The position numbers and the translations under genes are program-made. Below the pieces are notes generated by a model. That model was not told the DNA's origin. It saw nothing but the letters and a program-made list of their open reading frames with translations, and made no database searches. 64,000 nucleotides of DNA. Source: Octopus vulgaris (Eukaryota). The stretch spans positions 22,320,001 to 22,384,000 of the forward strand of contig OX597817.1 in NCBI GenBank assembly GCA_951406725.2, in the 5' to 3' direction. Shown here in pieces: positions 11,768-25,110 of this stretch (its first letter is position 1; each line of letters opens with the position of its first letter).

Positions 11768-13050
11768 CATGGGCTGGACAAAATAATGGAAACACCTAGC
11801 AATATAGTATCATTATTTTGAAATAGGCACAGGAGTGGCTGTGTGGTAAGTAGCTTGTTTACCAACCACATGGTTCCGGGTTCAGTCCCACTGCGTGGCA
11901 CCTTCGGCAAGTGTCTTCTACTATAGCCTAGGGCCGACCAAAGCCTTGTGAGTGGATTTGGTAGACGGAAACTGAAAGAAGCCCATCGTATATATGTATA
12001 TATATATATATGCATGTGTGTGTTTGTGTGTCTGTGTTTGTCCCCCTAGCATTGCTTGACAACCGATGCTGGTGTGTTTATGTCCCTGTTACTTGGCGGA
12101 TCGGCAAAAGAGACTGATAGACTAAGTACTGGGCTTACAAAAGAATAAATCCCGGGGTCGAGTTGCTCGATTAAAGGCGGTGCTCCAGCATGGCCACAGT
12201 CAAAAATGACTGAAACAAGTAAAAGAGTAAAGAGTATCTATAAAACCATCAAAATTTCGTTTATTTATTTATTTTTTTTATTTATTATTAGAGCTGTTTA
12301 ATATGTTTTGCCAAAGTTGCTGCTTCTTTTCAGATATCATCAGAAAAACGTAATTAAAATTCATTAAAACGACAGATCTATTGAACTTTCAGAGAGGTCA
12401 AATTGATGGTGCCCGTATGGCAGGTTCTAGCATAATGAAAACAGTTGAAATGTTTGGTGTATCAAGAAGTTCTGTACCGAAAGTAATGACAACATTTGAG
12501 GAAGAGGGAAAAACCTCCTTGTCAAAATAAAACTCAGGAAGAAAACCAAAGCTTTCAGATAGCAAATTGTTAGAAAGGATCACAAAAGTACGGCTCCAAA
12601 AATTACCTCAGAGTTTAACGACCGCCTCAAGAACCCAGTTTCCACAAAAACTGTTTGCTGGGAGCTGCTCAAAGTCGGATTTCATGGGAGGGCTGCAATC
12701 AGAAAACCAACACTTTCAAAAACAAACGTTGCAAAGCATTTAGAGTGGTGTAAAAACCTACAGAATTGGTCCATAGAGCAGTGGGAAAATGTTATCTTTT
12801 TGGACGAGTTATCCTTTACCTTATTTCCGACGAGTGGCCGAGTATAAATATGGAGACAACCAAAAGAAGTATTTGACCCTGACTGCCTTCTTCCAGCTGT
12901 TAAACATGGAGGAGGATCTATGAAGATCTGGGGTCTATGTCTTGGAAATCTGCTGGCCCAATGTTTTCCCTTCATGGCAGAATTAATAGTTAAGACTATT
13001 TAAGCATTTTATCTGATCAGATTCATCCTATGGTTGTGGAACGGTTTCTG
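11768..13050 (+). mobile_element. Tc1-family DNA transposon relic (transposase pseudogene ~12370-13050), interrupted by a SINE
   Basis: TA + catgggctggacaaaataatggaaacacc TIR-like end; translation FQRGQIDGARMAG..SGRKPKLS..WENVIFLDELSF..AVKHGGGSMKIWG, with stops. Confidence 0.85.
11824..12235 (+). mobile_element. SINE family A inserted in the Tc1 5' region
   Basis: Full-length copy. Confidence 0.92.
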
Positions 13051-13164
13051 GAGGGAAACCATGTGCGAAAGGTTCTTTATATAATGAACAGCTGGAAGTG
13101 GTCAAATAAATGGCAAGCTTTACCACAAGAAATAGAAATAGCAGGGAGAAGATACTAGTGAGGC

Positions 13165-13233
<69 letters not shown>

Positions 13234-13433
13234 TTTGAAAGACTTTATCACTAGGGAAATCATGACAAAGAGTCAATGAGAAACACAAGTCATAAGACAA
13301 GGTGGGAAGCATGGCAAAGTATGGGAATGCATAAGTTATGAAACAGGGAGAAAAAGTACTGCAAGGATTTAATGAATTATATACATATATACGCATATTT
13401 ATATGTTTGTGTGTGTATATATATATATAAATC

Positions 13434-13792
13434 ATCATCATCATCGTTTAACGTCCGCTTTCCATGCTAGCATGGGTTGGACGATTTATGTGAGGACTGG
13501 TGAACCAGATGGCTGCACCAGGCTTCAATCTTGATCTGGCAGAGTTTCTACAGCTGGATGCCCTTCCTAACGCCAACCACTCTGAGAGTGTAGTGGATGC
13601 TTTTACGTGTCACCGACATGAGGGCCAGTCAGGTGGTACTGGCAACGGCCATGCTCAAACTGTGTTTTTTACATGCCACCTGCACAGGAGCCAGTCCAGC
13701 AGCACTGACAACGACCTCGCTCAAATGCTTTTTCCCGTGCCACCTGCACAAGTGCCAATAAGGCGACGGTGGTAATGATCACACTCAAATGG
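13434..13792 (-). mobile_element. RTE-type 3' UTR element (family C) with (GAT)n tail
   Basis: ggttggcgttaggaagggcatccagc..catgctagcatggaaagcggacgttaaacgatgatg; the same UTR follows the RTE ORF at 39960-40200. Confidence 0.8.
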
Positions 13793-13814
13793 TGCATATA
13801 TATATATATGTATG

Positions 13815-13877
<63 letters not shown>

Positions 13878-14722
13878 GCATATATATCTATAAATATATA
13901 TATGTGTGTGTGTGATATGTATAGCTCATATTTGCTACATGTATTATTTGAATGATTCAAGTTGAACTTTGATGCAAAATTTCTAAAAGAATGAAAACAA
14001 TATTCTATTTTATATGTTTAAAGTTGCTATGAGTTCAATTGGGTGAGGGTTACTATTTGTTTAAGTATCAAAAGAGTTGGAGTAACACCTATGATCTTTA
14101 CAGTTCATGCAAAACCGGCGAAATTCACATGACTGGTATTCATTTTGAACTTTATGGAATAATACCTATGTTGCAGGAAATAGCACCCAAATCATCTTAA
14201 ATTCACTTCCTACTCTACTAGGAAGAGAAAGGCCAAATTAGATGATGTAAAAATGCATACCCCTTAAAATGATGGGAAGACAATGGTTAGAATTCCTTTC
14301 ATCATAAGTCTGTTCAGATTCGACCTAGAGCTAAATGACAACAACATAGTTAGGGGTTTGAGGTAACCTCTGATAAACAGAATGGTTGGGGCTAAAAGAT
14401 CTTTACACCATAGATCTGTTCTATCAGGATTGACCTTAGGTGAAACAACATCAACTTGAACACATCATAGTAGACACGTGATATGATGAGCCAGCAATCA
14501 GCTAAGCAGCACCTTAACCTAACAGACAGTCGAACAATAAGTCTAATAAGAATTAATGATAAATATATTACAAATAGGAAATGTATATCATTTACAATAT
14601 TTACTGTCAGTATATGTATACAGTTGCAGACTAATGCAACAAACATATACACAAATACAACCACATGAAAATGAGAAAACTATATGCATATATACATATA
14701 TGTCTCTTTGTGAATGTGCATG

Positions 14723-14728
<6 letters not shown>

Positions 14729-14798
<70 letters not shown>

Positions 14799-14860
14799 CA
14801 TATATATATATATATATACATACACACACACATACATACATACATACATACATACATACA

Positions 14861-14891
<31 letters not shown>

Positions 14892-14894
14892 TTA

Positions 14895-14927
<33 letters not shown>

Positions 14928-14930
14928 CAT
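14729..14930. repeat. Compound (TA)n/(CATA)n microsatellite
   Basis: Directly visible. Confidence 0.95.
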
Positions 14931-15674
14931 ACATGTGTGTTTCTAAGTATAGGTAAAGACAGGGAAGATAATATATTAGTGTATAGAGATTAGGAACAAT
15001 GGAAAGAAAATTCAGATCAATGAAAGCTAAACTTATTTCTCTATTCATGACTAATGAAATAAATTACTAACTAACCTAAGCAATTCTATGGATTCCAATT
15101 ATAGTTCTGCTCTCTACATTACAAATGGAACTAATTTATATCAATAAAGACATATACTTACTATCAACTATTACAATAAGAATAATGATTTTTAAGTCTA
15201 GAGTATTTTGGGACGGGTTATAATCTATCGAATCGAAACCACAATCTAATTGGTACTTATCTTGAACCTAGCCCCTGTCAAAATGTAACTAAACTAAATA
15301 CTACAATGGAGCTTTTTCTTTATCCTACTGACTATTCCTAGTAATTATTAGTTTTATTTTGTTGCAGGACAGTACTGCACTGACTGATAAATTTATTGTT
15401 TGGAGACAGTGACAGTTCAATTGAATATTATGTATGACATTTTCTTTAATTCCAGTTGAATCACCGACATAAACACAAGTCTATAAGTAAGGTTCTGCAT
15501 CAGGTACTCCCAGTCTGAGATGCCACACTCATAAAGGTGCAACAAAGAGGGAAAGTAAATAGTTCATGGTTTTGTTAAATTAAAATATCAACTCTTAAAA
15601 CTAACTTTATCTGTTTAAGCACACCAAAAAAACCCCAAAAAACCATATTCAACTTGTGAAGATTTAATCCTTAA

Positions 15675-15895
15675 CCCTTTTGATACCAACCTGGCTGAAA
15701 CTGCTTCTGGCCTTGTAGAACAAATGTTTTGTTTTCACAAGTTTTGAATTAAAATCTTCCACCAACCGTTAGCCACAATTTATGTTCCTAAAACTAGTTG
15801 AATGATAACAAAGTTATTTTACTAAATTCTTTATTACATTTAAAGTAATTGAAAGAAACACAGAGCATCTCAAAATAAATACAGTAACAAAAGGG
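15675..15895. mobile_element. piggyBac-type MITE
   Basis: TTAA on both sides; TIR cccttttgatac / gtaacaaaaggg. Confidence 0.75.
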
Positions 15896-16271
15896 TTAAG
15901 AGATTATGACCAAGAACTCTATCCTTATTTTGTTTGCAATGGCATGTGTGGATCTGGGTCCAGTTCTCTTTTGTCAATCAAGACAAAATCTAGGAGCTGT
16001 TTAAATTTGCGGATCGATCTGAAGATCTCAATCAGCAAGCGAGTTCCACATTTTGATAAAATCCTGAATTAAATAAAAAGAAAAAAGAGTCATTGGATTT
16101 TATCTTTATAATTGTGAATGCTGTGAATTGTTACCATTTAATTCCAATTGTTCAGTTTGCTTTTGAATTTTATGCACTGAGTCAAAATCTTATTTTTTAA
16201 GTTAAATTAATTCACTCACGGTTCCATATATGGGTGAATGTGGGTGAATAAGCCAAGAAAAGAAAACTATT

Positions 16272-16676
16272 AGACACAGGTATGGCTGTATTGTAAGAAG
16301 CTTAGTTTCCATCCATATGGTTCTGGGCTCATTCTTACTACATGTTGCCTTAGATAAGTGTCTTCTACTATAGTGTCTGACCAACCAAAACCTTGTGAAT
16401 AGATTTGGTAGATGGAAACTGAAAGAAGCCTATCATATTTATATATGTGCATATCTATGTTTGCATGTGTCTTTGTGTTTGAATTGTGTTTGTCTTGCAT
16501 CACAGCTTGGCAACTGGTGTTGTTTTGTTTACATCCTTGTAATCTGGTGCTTTAGCAAAAAAGACCAATGAAAAAAGTACCAAACATAAAATATAAGCAC
16601 TGAGGTTGAATTGATTGAGTAAGCCCTTCAAAGCAATGCCCCAGCATGGCCACAGTCCAGTGACTGAAACACATAA
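16272..16676 (+). mobile_element. Old, diverged SINE family A copy
   Basis: aagtgtcttctactatag, gatttggtagatggaaactgaaagaagcc, ccagcatggccacagtc..tgactgaaac. Confidence 0.8.
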
Positions 16677-18109
16677 AGGATAAGTATTTCCAAAAGATGC
16701 AGGGCATAGAAAAGATTGGTAACCATTTTTCTATATAATTACTCAATCTGCAAAAAATATTAGCCTAGTCTTCAATAAATAGTGTCTGAAAAAATGAATA
16801 AATAAAAAGAGGCAGGGAGGTCATGGCTAGAATGCAGTCAATTAGAGATCTAGTCTCAGTACTGGTGTCAAACGAAACAACAACAGTGACATGAAAAAGA
16901 ACCAGTAAACTAACGTGTCTCTCTCTCTCTACTAAAAACTTTATTAAAACAAATCATCGTCAAAATCACAATGGCACAGAATGTTACAATTACTTGTAAT
17001 GAATATTTGCAATACTACCATAAAGATATTTATGGAGCAGAATTGTGTTATGTTAATTGCTTCAATGAAATTACAAAAGTGTTATTTGCAAAAATTTTGC
17101 AAACATCAAAACAGTTAGTTGATTAACTTTGTGCGTATATAGATGGATGTTGACACCAAGTCTGAAGTAATATAATTTGTGGTGATAAATTTTATTTCTG
17201 TGTTAGTTCAAAATAAAAATCAGGAGATATTGATTTTGATCAAAGAGGCCACAACCTGTGGATATTCTCTCTATTGTTTTGGTCATTGTTGAAGTGTAGA
17301 AATAGACTCTATTTACTATATCTGTGCTACAACTGTTTTAACAGCTGATTGGATAATATATATCACCCTTTTGTCACCAAGGACTGTTAGTAGCTGATGT
17401 TGTGATAAGTTCTTGAGTAACTCTCACAAACATAAGTCATCTGCCAGATAGATAAAAACATCCATCACAAATTGTTGCCAACCTTTAACTAGTTATTTGA
17501 TTTATGTCCTCTTCCTGACTTTTCTATTAGTAGAACCACCATTGCTCCTCTGAGCTTCCATACTCTCTGTCCCATCCCCTTAAACGCATTTATTACCTCG
17601 AGTGTCTCTTTTTTCACAATAATGCTATTTCACCTCTTAGATATCATAGTTAACCCTTTTCCAAAGCATTTATCCTTTCGCTGCAACTATCTGATGCATC
17701 AAATCTATCCGTATCATATAAAATAGCAAAACGTTATTTATTAACAATTGTTAATTGTCCTTCATAGTTCAAAACTGAATGTGTATTCTCATATATTCTG
17801 CTACCTACACACAACCATCATATTCTTTTGTCCAGAAGAGCCCATAAAATAATGAGATTATGCTCTTCCTTCCTTCAAAGCTTTATATGTCATAGTTAAC
17901 TGGAAATTAACTGATATTTAGTAGACTTATAACTGTTAGCGCTCTAATACTTGAGCTCTGAAGAGATGGCAACATTACGTTCTAGAGTAATTAAGATGTT
18001 GAGTGAGTCAACCTAATAATAATCAGGATATTTAGCACCCAAGGTTCACCATGTGTGCTCTCTTTTCCCAACCCAACAATGATGGCCCTCTTCAATTCTT
18101 TTTTTAGGG

Positions 18110-18475
18110 TGCTAAGAGCACCATCCGAGCATGATCGTTGCCAGAGCGGCTAATTGGCTTCCATGCCGGTGGCATGTAGGAGGCACCATACGAGTGGGAT
18201 CGTTACCAGCATCGCCTTACTGGCACCTGTGCCGTTGGCATGTGTAAAAAAAAATTTGAGCGAGGTCATTGCCAGTACTGCCTGACTGGCCCCCTTGCAG
18301 GTGGCACGTAAAAAGCACCCACTACACTCTCGGAGTGGTTGGTGTTAGGAAGGGCATCCAGCTGTAGAAACTCTGCCGGATCAAGACTGGAGCCTGGTGC
18401 AGCCATCTGGTTCGCCAGCCCATAGTCAAACCGTCCAACCCATGCTAGCATTGAAAGCGGACATTAATCGACGAT
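18110..18475 (+). mobile_element. RTE-type 3' UTR element (family C)
   Basis: Same sequence as 13434-13792, opposite strand. Confidence 0.8.
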
Positions 18476-18579
18476 CCTCTAACAGCCCTCTTCGTTTTAC
18501 CTGCTGAAAAATGTACTCAAAATTTTATAGTTAACATGCAGACAAAACTTCTATATTTTGATGATCAATATTAAAACAA

Positions 18580-18988
18580 AGATGGTGAGCTGGCAGAATT
18601 GTTAGCACGGTGGGTGAAATGCTAAGTGGTATTTTGTCTGCTGTTATATTCTGAGTTCAAATTCTGCCGTGGTCGACTTTGCTTATCATCCTTCGGGGTC
18701 GATTAAATAAGTACCAGTTACGCACTGGGGTCGATGTAATCGACTCAATCAGTTTTTCTGCCCTTGGTTGTCCCCTCTGGGTTTAGCCCCTTGTGGGTAG
18801 TAAAGAAATGGTTATTTCGTCTGCCGTTACGTTCTGAGTTCAAATTCCGCCAAGTTCGACTTTGCCTATCATCATTTTGGGGTCAATTAAATAAGTACCA
18901 GTTATACACTGGAGTCAATGACTTAATCACTTTGTCTGTCCTTGTTTGTCCCCTCTATGTCTAGCCTCCTATGGGCAATAAAGAAATA
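18580..18988 (+). mobile_element. SINE family B, head-to-tail dimer
   Basis: Two units; the second starts mid-head at ~18811. Confidence 0.85.
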
Positions 18989-19346
18989 AATATTAAAATA
19001 ATGCTATCATTTGTAATCATTTTTAAGAATAACAAGTGAGGATTTGCTGTTGGTTTGAGAATACACCAAGACTAAAAACCAAATTTACGTTGAAGACCAA
19101 GTTGGCTGCAAATTTCCAGTTTCATCTATTGGTTCCTTCAGTTAGTGGAAGAATCTTCTTCTACTAGTGTTTTTATAAAGGGAGGAAAGCTTCATCAAAA
19201 GAATGGGTAATGATAAGATGGATTTCACAATATAAGAATTTCAATGTAAACAAAAAATATTCTTTTCATGAAATTGAATATTGAAAGATGCCCAATGTAT
19301 ATAAATATACATTATTTACATTCGATGGATATTTGTCCTCATCTTT

Positions 19347-20989
19347 ATATGAAATTTGGATTAGAAAAATGCGCCAAAGTAACCATGAAAAGAGGAAAAC
19401 TAGTTAAGAGTAGCAACATCACACTAGATAAAACCAATGAAATAAAAGAATTAGACCAAAGCCAAACTTACAAATACTTAGGAATCCATGAACTAGATAA
19501 GACACAACACACACAAATGAAAGAGGAAATAAAAAAAGAATATTATAGACGAGTTAGATCAATACTAAAAACAGAGCTCAATGCTAAAAACAAGATAATA
19601 GGTATTAACACTTTAGCTGTCCCAGTTATAAGTTACAACTACAATATCCTTAACTGGACACTAAATGAACTGACCAAAATAGATAGGAAAACAAGAAAAA
19701 TAATGACAGGATCTAGGATGCATCACCCAAAATCTGACATAGAAAGACTATATATACAACGTATAGAAGGTGGTAGAGGCCTTATACAGCTGGAAAACTA
19801 CTATAAAATAACCACCATAGGACTGCAAAAATATCTACTTCAGAAGGAAGAAAAACTGATACAAATAGCGGCAAAACACGAGCAAAACAAAAAACTGTAC
19901 TCAGTATTTAAGGAAGCTGACAAATACAAACAAGAAATCATACCACCTAACAAATATGAAGAAGAAGAAGAAGAAGAAGAAGAAGAAGAAGAAGAAGAAG
20001 AAGAAGAAGAAGAAGAAGAAGAAGAAGAAGAAGAAGAAGAAGAAGAAGAAGAAGAAGAAACAACAAAAGCTATAAAACAAATGAAATCCAAACTAAAACT
20101 AGAACAGCAAAGAACCATGATAAAACGATGGCAAGAAAAGCCCCTTCATGGTAAATACTGGACTAAACTAAATGTAAAAGAAATAGACAAAGAAAAATCC
20201 CAGCAATGGTTGAGAAGCTCAGAACTCAAAGCAGAAACAGAGGGATTTTTAATTGCAGCACACAACCAAAGCCTCCCCACCAGAAATTACTAAAAACATG
20301 TAATGAAAAGAAATATAACAAGTAACTGCAGAATATGTGGAGATGGACAAGAAACAATAAATCATATTATCTCTGGCTGCCCAGTCCTGGCTAAGAAGGA
20401 ATATATTCACAGACATGACAGAGTTGGAACCTACATACACTGGAAGCTATGCCAACATTATGGAATAACAACAGAAAAAAGATGGTATAGGCACACACCA
20501 GAAAAGGTCACAGAAAACGAGAAAGCAACCATACTCTGGGATATGCCGATACACACAGATAGAGAAATTAAGGCCAACAGACCAGATATAGTTGTCAGAG
20601 ACCATGAAGAAAAAAAATGCTTTCTAATTGATGTATCAATACCGGAAGATATCAACGTGTCTCTAAAAGAAATGGAGAAACTTTCAAAATACATGACCTG
20701 GAAATAGAGGTAACTAGAATGTGGAATCTAAAAACAGAAACAATCCCTATCATAGTAGGTGCATTAGGCATGATAAAAAAATATTCAGAGAAATACATCA
20801 CAAAAACACCGAGACTTACAAATATATATAACATACAGAAAATTGCACTACTAGGCACTGCACACATCCTACGCAGAACACTTTCCATACAATATCCATC
20901 AGAGCATCACAACAAATCACTGCACATACCCAAGGCACACAGAGCTGCACTCGGTAGTGAAGTGAAAGCACGTTATAAAAATAAAACTA

Positions 20990-20993
<4 letters not shown>
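19347..20993 (+). mobile_element. R4/Dong-like non-LTR retrotransposon (RLE endonuclease), 5'-truncated pseudogene
   Basis: MKFGLEKC, YKYLG, RKTRK, EGGRGL, CRICG..ETINHIISGC (CCHC), RHDRV, RPDIVV..LIDVSIP..EKLSKY; stop at 20291 and frameshift ~20693; ends in (TAA)n. Confidence 0.92.
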
Positions 20994-21033
<40 letters not shown>

Positions 21034-21049
21034 TAATAATAATAATAAT

Positions 21050-21239
21050 AATAACATCTGAAAATACCGTAGGAATGTGAAGCCAGGTTCGAAATTTCCC
21101 CAAGACACCTGATGAAGGTTGGAGGGTATATCAGCTGAAAAGTTGTGTTAACAACAAACAAGATGAGGACAAATATCCCTCAAATGTAAATAATGTAAAT
21201 AATGTACATAATTCCTCATCTCTTAAATATAGAACTGTA
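21050..21239 (+). mobile_element. HHR-bearing tail of the tRNA-(TAA)n-HHR SINE
   Basis: Matches 40308-40455 on the minus strand; GACAC CUGAUGA A GGUUG..CAGCU GAAA AG UU GUGUU at 21104-21149. Confidence 0.75.
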
Positions 21240-22119
21240 GTATATAAATATGTTGGTGTGTATTTGTGTTTGTTCCCACCACTATTTGACAACTGGTGTT
21301 GGTTTGTTCATTCCCCCTTAACTTAGACTGATAGACTTTGTAACAGGCTTAAAAATTAAGTATTGGTTTCAATTTGTTCGAAATAAAGACCCTTCAAGGC
21401 AGTGTCCAAATTAAAAATAAAATGTAAATGATACGATATTCTAAAACCCATTCTTTTGATTAGGGTTTCCTCTCAATCTGTAAAAACAGGAGTAGGCAAA
21501 AATCCTTTCATTTGTTGACGAAGCTGATATAGGCAAAGACTATAGTTTTATGATCATTAATATCACTGAGTCAATAGGTAACTGGACAAAATTTGAAATG
21601 CTTCATGCCAAATCATGTGATAAGTTATAACACAATATGAACCTCTAACCCAGCAATGTTCTTCTTCATCTCTCATTATTCCTGGAGTGAACTCACCTCT
21701 GCTCTTTATAACTAAGTCGTCATGTTTTACATTGGATGAAGAAATTTTGCTTAAGATATTTTAAGTTGCCTTGACCTAAGCAAGTATGTGGTTTGCCTGG
21801 AGCATAATACCAGGAAACTAAGTACTTGAAGTTCAAAGGTTCAGTTTAAGATTGATAGACATGAAATACAAGTAAAAATATTTGCAGGAGGCCAAATGAT
21901 ACTTTAAAACAGATGAGCAGAAAAATTCTAGCAGCTTAAAAATGATACAGGATTGTTACAAATCTTATAGATGTTTCTGTTCAAAGGGTGATCCCTAGCT
22001 AGGCTGCTGGTTTGGTGAATCATCAAAATATTTAGACAGAAACTTTACTACAGCTGTATAAAAGATGCCTTAGGTTTAAATAGCCTGTCAATATAACAGA
22101 TTAATATAATCAATATATA

Positions 22120-22655
22120 TAGGTCAGGAGTGGCTGTGTGGTAAGTAGCTTGCTTACAAACCACATGGTTCTGGGTTCAGTCCCACTGCATGGCACCTTG
22201 GGCAAGTGTCTTCTACTATAGCCTCGGGCCAACCAAAGCCTTGTGAGTGGATTTGGTAGATGGAAACTGAAAGAAGCCTGTTGTATATATGTATATGTAT
22301 ATATATGTGTGTGTGTGTGTTTCTGTGTCTGTTTTTGTCCCCCCAACATCGCTTGACAACCGATGCTGGTGTGTTTCCGTCACTGTAACTTAACAGTTTG
22401 GCAAAAGAGACTGATAGAATAAGTACTAGGCTTACAAAGAATAAGTCCTGTGGTCGATTTGCCCGACTAAAGACTATATGTGTGTGTCTGTTTGTGTGTC
22501 TGTGTTTACCCCCCCGCCAACATTGCTTGACAATTGACAAACGATGCCGGTGTGTTTCCGTCACTGTAACTTAACAGTTCTGCAAAAGAGACCAACAGAA
22601 TAAGTACTAGGCTTACAACGTCCAGTATGGCTACAATCAAATGACTGAATCAAAT
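22120..22655 (+). mobile_element. SINE family A with duplicated 3' half
   Basis: 3' segment repeated at 22475-22620. Confidence 0.85.
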
Positions 22656-23149
22656 AAAAAAAAAAACTAAGTAGTCATGTGAATTTATAAGTACCAATGG
22701 TAGTAATTAGGTTAACTCATCCAATCATTTCAAGACTTTGTTTCAAAACAATGGTAAATTGCTCATGAACAAAGCAGTAAGCAAAAGAGGAAATGCTTTT
22801 TGTGAAATATGATGAACTGAGAGAAAGGAAACATTTCGAGGACTGATCAAGAAAGGTGGTTTGAAAGGTAGAAGCGAAGATATGATAGGGGAGGAAAAGA
22901 AAGATTTAAAACTGGTATAGCAAAAATGTGATATAACATGATGAAGAAATAATTTTAAAAAACATTAACGAAAGAATAAATTTGGACTAGGGAAGGAAAA
23001 TAAAATGAAGGTGAATGAAGAAATCACTGAACCAAGAAAAACAGCTGGATTGGATTGATGATGAGGTTAAAAAGAAAATGGAGAAGATAGAGGAAGAAAG
23101 GCAACACACATATATCCATACACACACACACATACACAAACACACATGC

Positions 23150-25110
23150 ATCTTGGTAACCCATTCCATCCTCCTCCATGCAATTCTGAACTTAACATTA
23201 ATCGTTCCATTTTCAACATCTTAGATAAACACCCTACCCAATTTAACAACCTTACAAAATCCCAATTCCTCACCTTACAAATCCTACAATCTAAAAACCT
23301 TCTCTACCTACCTGCAGACAAAGGGAAGGAATTCTGTGTCATTGATGGGTCCACTTATAGCCAATTAGCAATCAAGTATTTTAGTGACACCACACTATAT
23401 GAAAAAGTGTACACCACACCTAGTCAGCTTGTGGCCACAATTAATGCTAGCTGAACCAGTATTTGTCAAAACAGAAAGATCTCTAAGAAAACTAGACTTA
23501 ATTTCATATCCTTAATAGACTTAATTTCATATTAATTTCATATCCTTAATATATTAATTTCATTCATATCCTTAATTTCATATTAATTTCATATCCTTAA
23601 TATATTAATTTCATTCATATCCTTAATATCATATTAATTCCATATCCTTAATAGACTTAATTTCATATCCTTTCTTTTCTTTCTATCATTCAGTAAAAAC
23701 CCAGAAACGTGAACCCAAATTTGAAATCGGTGCCCTTTATAAAGTCTTTTGGCTTCTTTCTAAACTCCTCAAAGCCTTACTGCACACATTCTCTGGATTT
23801 GTCAAGAGCTCCAATGAGATCTTTAAAAGATTCAAGTATGTCAAACTCATTGTACTAAAAAAATAACCGATACAATTTTAACTTAGATGTAGGTTTCCTC
23901 TATACACCTGTATCCACTCTTCTGTCTGTTAACAACATGTCTCTTCTTTTGCCTTATGCCCCCCTCCCTTATTCACTCATCTTCCTCATCTTCCTCCGTC
24001 TATCACCAACATCAACTGTTTTGGGCTGACACCCCCAGACATCTGAGAACTATTAAACAGTCATAGTCTTTAACACATTCCAGTACAATGTCATAGTATA
24101 CAAGTAGATCTTCGGTCTGCCAATGGGATCTAGTCTGTCAGGTCTGCTGGCAATAACATACATGGACCAATTGGAGTGCACTCAGTGCTGAACAGCTGCC
24201 ACTCATGTGTCTTTCTCTCTGTATATGTTGAAGATATCCTGGTGCATCAGGAATGAGGTGAAATTGTCATGCACCAGAGATTCAGCAACACCAACAAGCA
24301 CATAAAATTTGAAATAGAACACCTGGATAAGTCCCGAATCCTCTCTTTACTTGGATTTCAAATCAAGGTCACAAAGGTAGGTTCCATCTATACACACTTT
24401 AACAGGAAAACTGCCTGCAGGAAATGTTCATACACTATAAGTCAACTCTGCCTAACAGAGCCAGAGCTGCTTGTTAGTGAAATGATGACAGAAAAGCAAC
24501 AGATGCAGTGACACAGCTGACAAAGTTTCCAACCCTAAGTGGTTCGTCCATAACTTAGTACATGATGGTAATCCACCAGATTTAGCCAAATGACTGCATC
24601 TATATGAAACTGATGTTAGCGAACAATTTAAGAGGGCCCATAATTCCAAGCCTGATATGTGCTTCCTTAAAATGCCCAATTTTGATGACAGAACCACTGC
24701 TGCTTTTCAGCACATGATCCACAGGGAGAAGTTCAACATACAGATGGTGCACACTAGTCCAATTCCAAGGAAATTTCTGTCTCAAAATAATGGAATGCAT
24801 ACTACCCAATTACCCAGTTAATAACTTCAATGTAATCAAGAGCCCATGCAGTATATCAGGTTGTCTGCAGTATTTGTGGGTCATTTTACACAGGAAGTAA
24901 CACCATTAAGTTGTAGATTTGAATCAAAGAACATATGCATCCAAACACTTCAATTAGAAAATACATAAAGAAGTGCCAGATCCAGGATTTCAAGGAATCC
25001 ATCAGGGCCACTCAGTACAACAGAGGCAATTTCAGAATCATGGAGACCTTCCTTATAAACAAAGAGACCAACCATAAACAACAAAAAGGAACTACATGAA
25101 GCAGAGTGGT
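23150..25110 (+). pseudogene. Penelope-like element RT + GIY-YIG endonuclease, decayed
   Basis: LPADKG (~23310), LDVGFLYT (~23883), FGLPMGSSLSGLLAITYM (~24111), YVEDIL (~24224), HIKFEIE, AVYQVVCSICGSFYTGS (~24850), PTINNKKEL (~25070); many stops and frameshifts. Confidence 0.8.
23494..23670. repeat. AT-rich minisatellite (~23-bp unit ttaatttcatatccttaat) inside the PLE relic
   Basis: About 8 degenerate tandem units. Confidence 0.85.

Noticed and set aside
14556-15048. Many YI/HT/VCMY-rich ORFs here and at 26600-27200 and 61400-63650
   Set aside because: These are translations of (TA)n, (CA)n and (CATA)n microsatellites, not genes.
17400-17700. Possible second Helitron helicase remnant on the minus strand (KLRGAMVVLL, LKVGNNL)
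   Set aside because: Too degenerate to support.
23494-23670. CRISPR-like array
   Set aside because: Minisatellite without unique spacers, in a eukaryotic context.
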